Assembly (NCBI RefSeq): GCF_963921235.1
Contig: NC_086100.1
Coordinates: 201,254,001 to 201,318,000 of the forward strand
Source of the DNA: Mobula hypostoma
Lineage: Eukaryota
DNA: 64,000 nt
Direction: 5' to 3'
Shown one piece after another: positions 49,301 through 57,420 of the stretch. The notes below the pieces were generated by a model. It was not told the origin of the DNA, searched no databases, and worked only from the letters and a program-made list of their open reading frames with translations. Position 1 is the first letter of the stretch. Every line of letters starts with the position of its first letter. A program made the translations under genes and the position numbers.

Positions 49301-52300
49301 CAGGAGATATTTTTGGATATGTTCAGTCGGTTCAGGAACAACTGCTTCCCTTTAACCAGTTTTAAGGCATCCGTTAGTCTTGCGAGACCATGGATCTGCA
49401 CCTGGGAATTCTTCACTCTCCAGGACGCAGGCCTGGGCAAGGTGGTGTGGAAGACCGGCAGTTGCCCATGCTGCAAGTCTCCCCTCTCCACGACACCGAT
49501 ATTGTCCAAGGGCCGATACAGCTTGGCACCAGTGTCATCGCAGAGCAATGTGAGGTTAAGTGCCTTGCTCAAAGACACAACACGCTGCCTCAGCTGGGGT
49601 TCGAACTCACGAACTTCAGGTCGCTAGTCGAATGCCTTAACCACTTGGCCACATGGTTAACCAGTTTATTCCTAAACTAATCAGCAAAACTTTTGAGGAA
49701 TGCCATTGCCACTAAAGTAAACTTTTCTCTCTTCTAGTTGTGTTTATATATGTAAAATATATATAATTTATAGTCATAGAAAGGTACAACACAGAAGCAG
49801 GCCTTTCAGCCCATCTAGTCCATGCCAGAACAATTTAAACTGCCTATTCCCATCGACTTACACAGGGACCATAACACTCCATACCCCTACTATCAATGTA
49901 CCTATCCAAACTTGCCTTAAATATTGAAATTAAGCTCTCATGCACCACGTGTGCTGGCAGCTCATTCCACACTCTTACAATTCTCAGAGTGAAGAAGTTT
50001 CCCCTCACACTCTCCTTAAACATTCCGCCTTTCGCCCTTAACATATGACCTGTGGTTGTAATCCCAACTAACTTCAGGGTAAATGCAAGCAGGCTTCTGC
50101 CACCATATACCCCTCATAATTTTCTATACCTCTATCGAATATCTCCTCAATATTCTATGTTCTAATGGATACAGTCCTAACCAGTTCAACCTTTCCTTAT
50201 AAGTCAGGTCCTCCAGTCTCGGCAACATCCTTGTAAATGTTCTTTGCACTCTTTCAACCATGTTTACATCTCTCCCATAGGTAGGTGACCAAAACTGCAC
50301 ACAATACTCCAAATTAGGCCTCACCAATGTTTTATACAACTTCAACATAACATCCCATCTTCTGTACTCAGTACACTGATTTATGAAAGCCAATGTGCCA
50401 AAAACTTTCTTTACGACCCCGTCTACCTGTAACCCAGATCCCTTTGTTCTACCACACTCCTTAGTTCCCTGCCCTTCACTGTGCAAGACCTACTCTGGTT
50501 GGTCCTACCAAAGTGCAACACCTCTCTGTTGTCTGCATTAAATCCCATCTGCCATTTTTCAGCTCATTTTTTTCAGTTGTTGCAGATGCTTCTGCAAGGC
50601 AGGATAGCCTTCATCACTGTCCACTAGTCTCCACATTCTGATGTCATTTTCAAACCACATTGTCATCCAGATCACTGATATAGATGGCACATAACAATGG
50701 CCCAGCACTGATCCCTGTGGCACACCACTAGTCACAGGTCTGCAGTCAGAGAGGCATCACCTACTACCACTCTTTGTCTTCTCCAACAAAGCCAATGTCT
50801 AATCCAATTTATATGACTGAATCTTCTTGACCAACCTCCTATGTGGGACCTTGTCAAATGCCTTGCTAAGGTCTATGTAGACAACACTCATTGCCTTGCC
50901 TTCAATTACTTTCCTGGGGCCCTTGAAATAAATGCTAACATTGCATTTGCCTTCTTTAACAGACACAACCTGTAAATCTTCTGGGAGTCTTGCAAGAGGA
51001 CTCCCAAGTCTCTCTGCCCCTCTGGTAATTGAATTTTCTCCCTATTTAGATAATAATTTGTACTCAACAGGAATTCTGCAGATGCTGGAAATTCAAGCAA
51101 CACACATAAAAGTTGCTGGTCCTGACGAAGGGTCTTGGCCTGAAACATCGACTGCACCTCTTCCTAGAGATGCTGCCTGGCCTGCTGCGTTCACCAGCAA
51201 CTTTTATGTGTGTTGCAATAACTTGTACCATTGTTTCTTTTACCAAAATGCATTAACATTTCCCACTCTGTATTCAAGATATCCTGAAGTGGGAGGGTGA
51301 GGAGCCAGAAGTCGTGGTACATATAGGTACCAATGACATAGGTAGGAAAAGGGATGAGGTCCTGAAAGGAGAATATAGGGAGCTAGGAAGGGAGTTGAGA
51401 AAAAGGACCGCAAAGGTAGTAATCTCGGGATTACTGCCTGTGCCATGCGACAGTGAGAGTAGGAATGCAATGAGGTGGAGGATAAATGCGTGGCTGAGGG
51501 ATTGGAGCAGGGGGCAGGGATTCAAATTTTTGGATCATTGGGACCTCTTTTGGCGCAGGCGTGACCTGTACAAAAAGGACGGGTTACACTTGAATCCTAG
51601 GGGGACCAATATCCTGGCAGGGAGATTAGCAAGGGCTACTGAGGTGACTTTAAACTAGAATGGATGGGGGGTGGGAATCAAATTAAAGAGGCTAGGCAAG
51701 AGGAGGTTAGTTCACAACAGGGGGATGGGAACCAGTGCAGAGAGACAGAGGGGTGTAAAGTGAGGGTAGAAGCAAAAAGTACTAAGGAGAAAAGTAAAAG
51801 TGGCAGGCCGACAAATCCAGGGCAAGCATTAAAAAGGGCCACTTTTCAACATAATTGTATAAGGGCTAAGAGAGTTGTAAAAGAGCGCCTGAAGGCTTTG
51901 TGTGTCAGTGCAAGGAGCATTCGTAATAAGGTGGATGAATTGAAAGTGCAGATTGTTATTAATGATTATGATATAGTTGGGATCACAGAGACATGGCTCC
52001 AGGGTGACCAAGGATAGGAGCTCAACGTTCAGGGATATTCAATATTTGGGAGGGATAGACATGAAGGAAGGGGAGGTGGGGTGGCGTTGCTGGTTAAAGA
52101 AGAGATTAACGCAATAGAAAGGAAGGACATAAGCCGGGAAGATGTGGAATCGATATGGGTAGAGCTGCGTAACACTAAGGGGCAGAAGACGCTGGTGGGA
52201 GTTGTGTACAGGCCACCTAACAGTAGTAGTGAGGTCGGAGATGGTATTAAACAGGAAATTAGAAATGTGTGCAATAAAGGAACAGCAGTTATAATGGGTG

Positions 52301-55300
52301 ACTTCAATCTACATGTAGATTGGGTGAACCAAATTGGTAAAGGTGCTGAGGAAGAGGATTTCTTGGAATGTATGCGGGATGGTTTTTTGAACCAACATGT
52401 CGAGGAACCAACTAGAGAGCAGGCTATTCTGGACTGGGTTTTGAGCAATGAGGAAGGGTTAATTAGCAATCTTGTCGTGAGAGGCCCCTTGGGTAAGAGT
52501 GACCATAATATGGTGGAATTCTTCATTAAGATGGAGAGTGACATAGTTAATTCAGAAACAAAGGTTCTGAACTTAAAGAGGGGTAACTTTGAAGGTATGA
52601 GACGTGAATTAGCTAAAATAGACTGGCAAATGACACTTAAAGGATTGACGGTAGATATGCAATGGCAAGCATTTAAAGGTTGCATGGATGAACTACAATT
52701 GTTCATCCCAGTTTGGCAAAAGAATAAATCAAGGAAGGTAGTGCACCCGTGGCTGACAAGAGAAATTAGGGATAGTATCAATTCCAAAGAAGAAGCATAC
52801 AAATTAGCCAGAAAAAGTGGCTCACCTGAGGACTGGGAGAAATTCAGAGTTCAGCAGAGGAGGACAAAGGGCTTAATTAGGAAGGGGAAAAAAGATTATG
52901 AGAGAAAACTGGCAGGGAACATAAAAACTGACTGTAAAAGCTTTTATAGATATGCAAAAAGGAAAAGACTGGTAAAGACAAATGTAGGTCCCCTACAGAC
53001 AGAAACAGGTGAATTGATTATGGGGAGCAAGGACATGGCAGACCAATTGAATAATTACTTTGGTTCTGTCTTCACTAAGGAGGACATAAATAATCTTCCA
53101 GAAATAGTAGGGGACAGAGGGTCCAGTGAGATGGAGGAACTGAGCGAAATACATGTTAGTAGGGAAGTGGTGTTAGGTAAATTGAAGGGATTGAAGGCAG
53201 ATAAATCCCCAGGGCCAGATGGTCTGCATCCTAGAGTGCTTAAGGAAGTAGCCCAAGAAACAGTGGATGCATTAGTGATAATTTTTCAAAACTCGTTAGA
53301 TTCTGGACTAGTTCCTGAGGATTGGAGGGTGGCTAATGTAACCCTACTTTTTAAAAAAGGAGGGAGAGAGAAACCAGGGAATTATAGACCGGTTAGCCTA
53401 ACGTCGGTGGTGGGGAAACTGCTGGAGTCAGTTATCAAAGATGTGATAACAGCACATTTGGAAAGCAGTGAAATCATCGGACAAAGTCAGCATGGATTTG
53501 TGAAAGGAAAATCATGTCTGACGAATCTCATAGAATTTTTTGAGGATGTAACTAGTAGAGTGGATAGGGGAGAACCAGTGGATGTGGTAATTTGGATTTT
53601 CAAAAGGCTTTTGACAAGGTCCCACACAGGAGATTAGTGTGCTGTTTCAGATCTGGAATAATAATTATTTTGTTCTCCTTTACACTTGTGTACTGGAAAT
53701 GAAATTAAACAACCTTGAGCCTTGATCTATGCTGCCATTTTCAGGAATCCCAGGGTTTGTAGACAGAGGTCCCTGCTTTCCTTACACCAAACCTAGCCTA
53801 TACCCTAATGCGTAATACACCTTCAACCCCTATTAATCCTTCTGCAGTGCGTCTCCCTAGTTACCAGGATTACACTGCATCTGCCATTCTTCTGCTTACC
53901 CATCGCAGGGTGAATATCGTCTTCGCGGGGCAGCACGGTCGTGTATCGTGGCAACATGGTTGTGGAGCGGTTAGCTTAATGGTTTATAGTGGCATCTCAA
54001 ATTGCACATGACAACAGCTGTAAGGTCAGGGTGACACACTGCATGTGACAACAGCTGTAAAGTTCCTGTCACTGTCTGTAAGGAGTTTGTATGTTCTCCC
54101 CGTGACTTCGAGGGTTTCCAAGATGTACGGGTAATGAGTTGTGGGTATGCTATGTTGGTGGCAGAAGCTTGGCAGCACTTGCAAAATCAATCCCTGATTA
54201 TTGGATTTGATGCAAATGATGCATTTCAATACACGTGACAAATTCAGTTCACAAATAAAGATAATCCTCCTCATTATCAGAAACACTCCTAAATCACACC
54301 ATTTACAATTATATCCAAATCTTTAAATGTGCAATAAATAGTAAAGCTCCTGGCGCTGACCTCTGGTACACCACCTGTCACGATCACAAAATCAGCCCTC
54401 TCCCATCACTCTCTGAATGCAAGGGGCCCCACAAAAAAAGTCCAGTGAGCTTGGAGCTTGAATCAACATGTGGAATGATGATGTCATTGCAATCACGGAA
54501 CCATGGATGAGGGAAGGGCAGGAGAAATGTGCATACTGGGTTGGGTGCTGGCCTCTCCTGTTGGTGCAGCACTCTGGTACTCGCTTGATGTTACCCTCCA
54601 GTGTTCATGAGAATAGCTGGACCAGGACAACGGAGGGGCTTTGGCTATATTTTTTCTTTGAGAATGTATGCTTTTTTTAAATCGTAACCATATGTGTTAT
54701 GTGCAGTGTGCCACTGGTAATCTGCTTTGCACCTTGGCCCTGGAGGAATGATCTATTGGAGGTTTTCAGGTACACAGGGAAATTGGATAGACTAGTATTG
54801 TTTCTCCTGCAAGAGGCTGAGGAGTGTACAGAATAGAAATAACAAAATAATCTGCAGATGCTGCGGTCAAAGCAACACTCACAACTAGCTGGAGGAACTC
54901 AGCAGGTCGGGCAGCATCCGTGGAAACGATCAGTCGACGTAAGGGTTCCAGCCCGAAACGTCGACTGATCATTTCCACGGATGCTGCCCGACCTGCTGAG
55001 TTCCATAGAAATACATAAGATTTGAGAAGAACAGATAGGACAGATGGTAAAAATCTTCTTTTCCCCCATTATAGGACTATCAAAAACAAGGTGGCAGAAG
55101 TTTATGGAAGGAAGGAGGAGATTAAAGGGGATAGAGTCACAGAACACTACAGCACCAAAACAGGCCCTTCAGCCCATCTAGTCCATGCCGAAGCATTAAT
55201 CTGCCTAGTCCCACTGACCTACAAAGGGACTGTAGCCTCCCATCCAAATACCTATAGAAATTTCTCTTAAATGTTGAAATTGAACCACTTACACCGGCAG

Positions 55301-56979
55301 ATCATTCCACACCCTCACTACCTTCTGAGTGAACAAGTTCCCTTCATGTTCTTAAACATTTCACCTTTTCACCAAACCTCAATGAATACAGCCTGCTTAC
55401 ATAGAACATAGAACAGCACAGTACAGGACCTTCAGCCCACAATGTTGTGCTGACCCTCAAACCCTGACTCCCATATAAGCCCCCACCTTAAATTCCTCCA
55501 TATACCTGTCTAGTAGTCTCTTAAACTTCACTAATGTATCTGCCTCCACCACTGACTCAGGCAGTGCATTCCACGCACCAACCACTCTCTGAGTAAAAAA
55601 CCTTCCTCTAATATCCCCCTTGAACTTCCCACCCCTTACCTTAAAGCCATGTCCCCTTGTATTGAGCAGTGGTGCCCTGGGGAAGAGGCGCTGGCTGTCC
55701 ACTCTATCTATTCCTCTTAATATCTTGTATACCTCTATCATGTCTCCTCTCATCCTCCTTCTCTCCAAAGAGTAAAGTCCTAGCTCCCTTAATCTCTGAT
55801 CATAATGCATATTCTCTAAACCAGACAGCATCCTGGTAAATCTCCTCTGTACCCTTTCCGATGCTTCCACATCCTTCCTATAGTGAGGCGACCAGAACTG
55901 GACACAGTACTCCAAGTGTGGCCTAACCAGAGTTTTATAGAGTTGCATCATTACATCGCGACTCTTAAACTCTAACCCTCGACTTATGAAAGCTAACACC
56001 CCATAAGCTTTCTTAACTACCCTATCTACCCGTGAGCCAACTTTCAGGGATCTGTGGACATGTACCCCCAGATCCCTCTGCTTCTGCACACTACCAAGTA
56101 TCCTGCCATTTACTTTGTACTCTGCCTTGGAGTTTGTCCTTCCAAAGTGTACCACCTCACACTTCTCCGGGTAGAACTCCATCTTCCACTTCTCAGCCCA
56201 CTTCTGCATCCTATCAATGTCTCTCTGCAATCTTTGACAATCCTCTACACTATCCACAACACCACCAACTTTTGTTCGTATGCAAACTTGCCAACCCACC
56301 CTTCTACCCCCACATCCAGGTCATTAATAAAAAATCACGGAAAGCAGAGGTCCCAGAACTGATCCTTGTGGGACACCACTAGTCACAACCCTCCAATCTG
56401 AATGTACTCCTCCTACATTTACCCTATCTATATCCCTCATAATTTTGTACACCTCGATCAAATCTCCCCTTATTCTCCCACCTTCCAAGGAATAAAGTGC
56501 TAACCTATTCAACTTTCCCTATAACTGAGGCCTTCAAGTCCTGGCAATGACCTTGTAAATTTTCTCTGCACTCTTACAATTTTATTTACATCTTTTCTCT
56601 AGGTAGGTGACCAAAAGTGCACACAATACTCCAAATCAGGCTTAAGAGGGGTAAGAATTTTTTTTACAAGGAGTGGTTGACATCAGGAATGTGCTGTTGG
56701 AGGAGATGCTGAAATCAGAAACAATTTCATTGAAGAGGCAAATCCTTCTACACTCCTCACTGAACTCAGATAACCCACTGTCTTGATTGTAAAGGGCTAC
56801 GTCTGTTCCAACATCTGGTGTCTTCATGATCCGGATGAACAGTTTTAAAAGAGAATGATAATGAGACTGTGATGCACTAACACTCTCTTCTCTGTTCACA
56901 GGCCTGTATAGATGGCAGGTGCCAGAACGTGTCACTGTTCAACATAGAAAGCTGTGACAAGACCTGCAATAACAAAGGG
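4232..56979 (+). CDS. adam15: Partial multi-exon ADAM metalloprotease-disintegrin gene (ADAM15-like); 10 internal exons join(4232..4303,4938..5104,10475..10559,11114..11256,12312..12489,24950..25042,26147..26342,42538..42646,48743..48938,56902..56979)
   Basis: All exons are bounded by AG/GT and phases match (0,2,0,2,0,0,1,2,0), giving an uninterrupted 439-codon frame with domain order reprolysin M12B - disintegrin - Cys-rich - EGF. The ADAM15 call rests on recalled similarity ([27 protein letters not shown] spacing, RPxRGxCDLPEFC, CIDGRCQ); ADAM12/19/33/9 are not formally excluded. Confidence 0.8.
4450..4705 (+). mobile_element. HE1/V-type tRNA-derived SINE
   Basis: B-box-like ggttcaattcc, gtgggtttcctccgggtgctccggtttcctcccac core, ctctaaataa tail. 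Confidence 0.75.
4938..5104 (+). CDS. ADAM exon [18 protein letters not shown]...[13 protein letters not shown]
   Basis: ccttctgcag| ... AT|gtgagt; typical LNIRIxLxGxEVWT and DNAQLI reprolysin motifs. Confidence 0.95.
5180..5870 (-). mobile_element. Degraded CR1 3' fragment
   Basis: Reverse-strand similarity to the other CR1 3' ends in the window; boundaries approximate. Confidence 0.65.
6028..6338 (+). mobile_element. tRNA-derived SINE with CORE-like block and RTE-like tail; 13-bp TSD TAATAAATAGAAG
   Basis: A box tggccaagtgg, B box gagttcgagcc, gtgtccttgagcaaggcacttaa; TSD at 6015-6027 and 6339-6351. Confidence 0.88.
6480..7642 (-). mobile_element. Gypsy/Ty3 pol remnant (RNase H C-part to integrase)
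   Basis: [48 protein letters not shown]...FES; frameshifted and deleted. Confidence 0.85.
7643..9106 (+). mobile_element. Solo LTR (1464 bp) inserted into the Gypsy RNase H domain
   Basis: TGTTATGTACTCC...GGGGTATGTAACA terminal inverted repeat, TSD AGTA/AGTC, AATAAA near 9017. Confidence 0.85.
9107..9850 (-). mobile_element. Gypsy/Ty3 pol remnant (reverse transcriptase to RNase H N-part)
   Basis: [16 protein letters not shown] (9611-9622), [10 protein letters not shown]. Confidence 0.9.
10475..10559 (+). CDS. ADAM exon [28 protein letters not shown]
   Basis: ctctttgacag| ... CAG|gtgagc; 85 nt, phase 2/0. Confidence 0.93.
11114..11256 (+). CDS. ADAM catalytic exon: zinc-binding [12 protein letters not shown] (11156-11191) and Met-turn CIM
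   Basis: ttctcccag| ... GG|gtaggg; intact HExxHxxGxxHD. Confidence 0.97.
11596..12232. mobile_element. Penelope-like element 3' fragment with about 100-bp inverted pLTRs; 13-bp TSD CACCTCATGTTTT
   Basis: GIY-YIG C-terminus [24 protein letters not shown] on +; arms 11642-11742 and 12132-12232; TSD at 11583-11595 and 12233-12245. Confidence 0.85.
11704..11739 (-). ncRNA. Minimal type-I hammerhead ribozyme motif (PLE-associated)
   Basis: Minus strand AGTC-CTGACGA-AGGGACTCGGCCC-GAAAC-GTC-GACT: stem I AGTC/GACT, intact CUGANGA and GAAA core, stem II GGG/CCC, palindromic ACGT stem III. Confidence 0.7.
12312..12489 (+). CDS. ADAM exon, end of metalloprotease and start of disintegrin (FSSCS...[18 protein letters not shown])
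   Basis: tctctttag| ... GAG|gtatgg; 178 nt. Confidence 0.96.
12850..15700 (+). mobile_element. CR1 LINE, near-complete but broken ORF2 (APE + RT) with 3' tail
   Basis: [37 protein letters not shown]; tail attctgctcctatgtcttatggtctta. Confidence 0.95.
15860..17850 (-). mobile_element. Stacked CR1 3' fragments (at least two copies), one carrying a mariner MITE
   Basis: RT motifs on the minus strand (ORFs 16242-16687, 17483-17851). Confidence 0.85.
17122..17462 (-). mobile_element. Mariner-derived MITE, TA TSD, about 40-bp TIRs plus an internal third TIR
   Basis: TA|CAAGGGGTGATTGAT...ATCAATCACCCCTCG|TA; the minus strand keeps a transposase C-terminus ([13 protein letters not shown]). Confidence 0.88.
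18195..18535 (-). mobile_element. CR1 3' end fragment
   Basis: ORF 18264-18479 ([14 protein letters not shown]) plus tail. Confidence 0.8.
18540..20555 (+). mobile_element. CR1 LINE: ORF1 end, ORF2 APE domain, internally deleted RT, 3' tail
   Basis: 303-aa open APE segment (YFNARS, ITETW, GDFN, SDH); jumps to LVRPHLEYC near 19990. Confidence 0.92.
20862..23375 (-). mobile_element. CR1 LINE ORF2 (APE end to 3' tail), frameshifted
   Basis: ORFs 21058-23230 on minus with RT motifs; tail agaccataagacataggagc. Confidence 0.93.
23380..24300 (-). mobile_element. Mixed CR1 fragments (mid ORF2, 3' end at 23685-24050, ORF1 5' piece)
   Basis: catagaaacatagaaaac tail; similarity to the other copies; boundaries approximate. 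Confidence 0.65.
24610..24855 (+). mobile_element. HE1/V-type SINE
   Basis: gagttcaattcc B-box, atgggtttcctccagg core, ctgtatctctaa tail. Confidence 0.7.
24950..25042 (+). CDS. ADAM disintegrin exon [31 protein letters not shown]
   Basis: ttcctgcag| ... CAG|gtaagg; 93 nt. Confidence 0.96.
25080..25355 (-). mobile_element. tRNA-derived SINE (second family) with an RTE-5'UTR-like body
   Basis: Minus strand: GGCCGGCTAGTGGCGCAA...GGGTTCGAAACC head, GGGTTGAGTGTCGAG...CCTCGTAAAA body, A-rich tail; possible TSD CAGCCCA. Confidence 0.7.
26147..26342 (+). CDS. ADAM disintegrin-loop / Cys-rich exon ([13 protein letters not shown]...CQGIWGP)
   Basis: ctctcctcag| ... CCAG|gtgagt; 196 nt. Confidence 0.96.
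26628..28245 (-). mobile_element. Young 5'-truncated CR1 (RT and 3' tail) inserted into a Rex1 3' UTR
   Basis: ORFs 26762-28204 with [17 protein letters not shown]. Confidence 0.93.
28250..30270 (-). mobile_element. Two Rex1/Babar LINE fragments
   Basis: [19 protein letters not shown]...[29 protein letters not shown]. Confidence 0.85.
30285..31975 (-). mobile_element. CR1 LINE 3' half
   Basis: ORFs 30370-30813 and 31209-31976 with RT motifs. Confidence 0.93.
31980..33310 (-). mobile_element. Rex1/Babar fragments (linker region and 3' end)
   Basis: [30 protein letters not shown]. Confidence 0.75.
33000..33096 (+). repeat. G-rich minisatellite, 6 x TCCTGGGTGA(C)G5-9
   Basis: Directly visible tandem units of about 17-19 nt. 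Confidence 0.9.
33560..34010 (+). mobile_element. CR1 5' UTR / ORF1 N-terminal fragment
   Basis: MWEG...PGDYNC..LQLL similarity to ORF1 pieces at 41-42 kb; boundaries approximate. Confidence 0.55.
34012..38170 (-). mobile_element. CR1 LINE interrupted by a solo LTR (34405-35621) and by a second CR1 3' end (about 36245-36895)
   Basis: RT/APE motifs on minus continue across the insertions. Confidence 0.85.
34405..35621 (-). mobile_element. Solo LTR (1217 bp), same family as 7643-9106; 4-bp TSD CTGG
   Basis: CTGG|TGTTAC...TATAACA|CTGG; long shared blocks with 7643-9106 in the opposite orientation. Confidence 0.88.
39195..40860 (+). mobile_element. CR1 LINE RT and 3' tail
   Basis: [25 protein letters not shown]. 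Confidence 0.93.
40960..42470 (-). mobile_element. Two CR1 5' UTR/ORF1 N-terminal fragments in tandem
   Basis: YTCEK..LQLL...[19 protein letters not shown]...[17 protein letters not shown], repeated at about 41.0-41.3 kb and 41.9-42.2 kb. Confidence 0.75.
42538..42646 (+). CDS. ADAM Cys-rich exon ([24 protein letters not shown]...CQPG)
   Basis: long pyrimidine tract, cgacag| ... GG|gtatgc; 109 nt, phase 1/2. Confidence 0.94.
43540..45850. mobile_element. Nested CR1 fragments (minus 43540-44730; plus 44965-45850, the latter inside a Penelope GIY-YIG fragment)
   Basis: ORFs 43925-44179(-) and 44933-45710(+); boundaries approximate. Confidence 0.75.
46356..47209. mobile_element. Penelope-like fold-back fragment inserted in a Rex1 3' end; 10-bp TSD TACCCTGCTC
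   Basis: TSD at 46346-46355 and 47210-47219; inverted pLTR arms; GIY-YIG tail on minus; the host reads KDLTYPA|HGL...[13 protein letters not shown]. Confidence 0.8.
47944..48508 (+). mobile_element. Non-autonomous RTE-derived element (UTR-like, no ORF) nested in an HE1-like SINE
   Basis: RTE 5'UTR-like motif CATCTAGGAGAGTGAAAACTCTGATCTCAAACC; tail ATCCATGGT...GGAGGCCT(CACT)2. Confidence 0.6.
48743..48938 (+). CDS. ADAM Cys-rich exon (DEHCGKLQC...[11 protein letters not shown])
   Basis: cccaacag| ... AAG|gtgact; 196 nt; CGKLQC and GTKCG motifs. Confidence 0.94.
49363..49656 (-). mobile_element. SINE, same family as 6028-6338; 11-bp TSD TTAACCAGTTT
   Basis: TSD at 49352-49362 and 49657-49667. 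Confidence 0.88.
49770..51275 (-). mobile_element. CR1 fragments (3' half plus a second piece carrying a PLE insertion)
   Basis: ORFs 49844-50486(-). Confidence 0.8.
51064..51216. mobile_element. Mini Penelope-like fold-back insertion with hammerhead motif; 12-bp TSD AATAAYTTGTAC
   Basis: 24-bp perfect inverted repeat 51097-51120 / 51193-51216; TSD at 51052-51063 and 51217-51228. Confidence 0.8.
51280..53640 (+). mobile_element. Young CR1 LINE: ORF1 SGNH-esterase C-part (to 51658) and ORF2 APE, linker and RT start; 3'-truncated
   Basis: HIGTND...DGLHLN; ORF2 frame 51664-53637 with one TAG at 52015-52017 and a late frameshift near 53590. Confidence 0.95.
54840..55004. repeat. Penelope pLTR-derived hairpin: 47-bp arms (54894-54940 / 54958-55004), 17-nt loop
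   Basis: Arms are complementary except for one position. Confidence 0.9.
55400..56412 (-). mobile_element. Young CR1 3' fragment, same subfamily as 26628-28245
   Basis: 280-aa ORF 55457-56299 nearly matches ORFs 26762-27827. Confidence 0.93.
56902..56979 (+). CDS. ADAM exon, end of Cys-rich and start of EGF-like ([26 protein letters not shown])
   Basis: tctgttcacag| ... GGG|gtaaat; 78 nt; not reported by the ORF track. Confidence 0.92.
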
Positions 56980-57109
56980 GTAAATGGAGCAGGAATAGAA
57001 CGCACCATTCTACACGACAATGATGATGGCTAATCCCTGCTGCATTTCTCTTCTGTGCTCCCATTCTCTTTGACCATCTATCATCTGTCTCCACCTGCAA
57101 TAAGATTAA

Positions 57110-57420
57110 AAGGCATCCGTTAGTCTTGCGAGACCATGGATCTGCGCCTGGAAAGTCTTTACTCTCCAGGGCGCGCAGGCCTGGGCAAGGTTGTATGGAA
57201 GACCAGCAGTTGCCCATGCTGCAAGTCTCCCCTCTCCATGACACCAATGTTGTCCAAGGGAAGGGCATTAGGACCCATACAGCTTAGCACCGGTGTCGTC
57301 GCAGAGCAATGTGTGATTAAGTGCCTTGCTCAAGGACACAACACGTTGCCTCGGCTGGGGCTGAACTCATGACCTTCAGATCGCTAGTCCAATGCCTTAA
57401 CCACTTGGCCACGTGCCCAC
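57110..57420 (-). mobile_element. SINE, same family as 6028-6338; TSD AATAAGATTAA
   Basis: TSD at about 57099-57109 and 57421-57431. Confidence 0.88.

Noticed and set aside
52081..53637. 518-aa ORF as a host gene or active retroelement
   Set aside because: It is CR1 ORF2 with an upstream in-frame stop, and it is truncated before the RT catalytic FADD; the antisense ORF 52029-52802 is its shadow
56980..57035. Donor read-through giving a secreted, SVMP-like venom isoform
   Set aside because: A stop follows within about 18 codons, but no canonical polyA signal is evident nearby and there is no expression data; a downstream EGF/TM exon outside the window is the simpler reading
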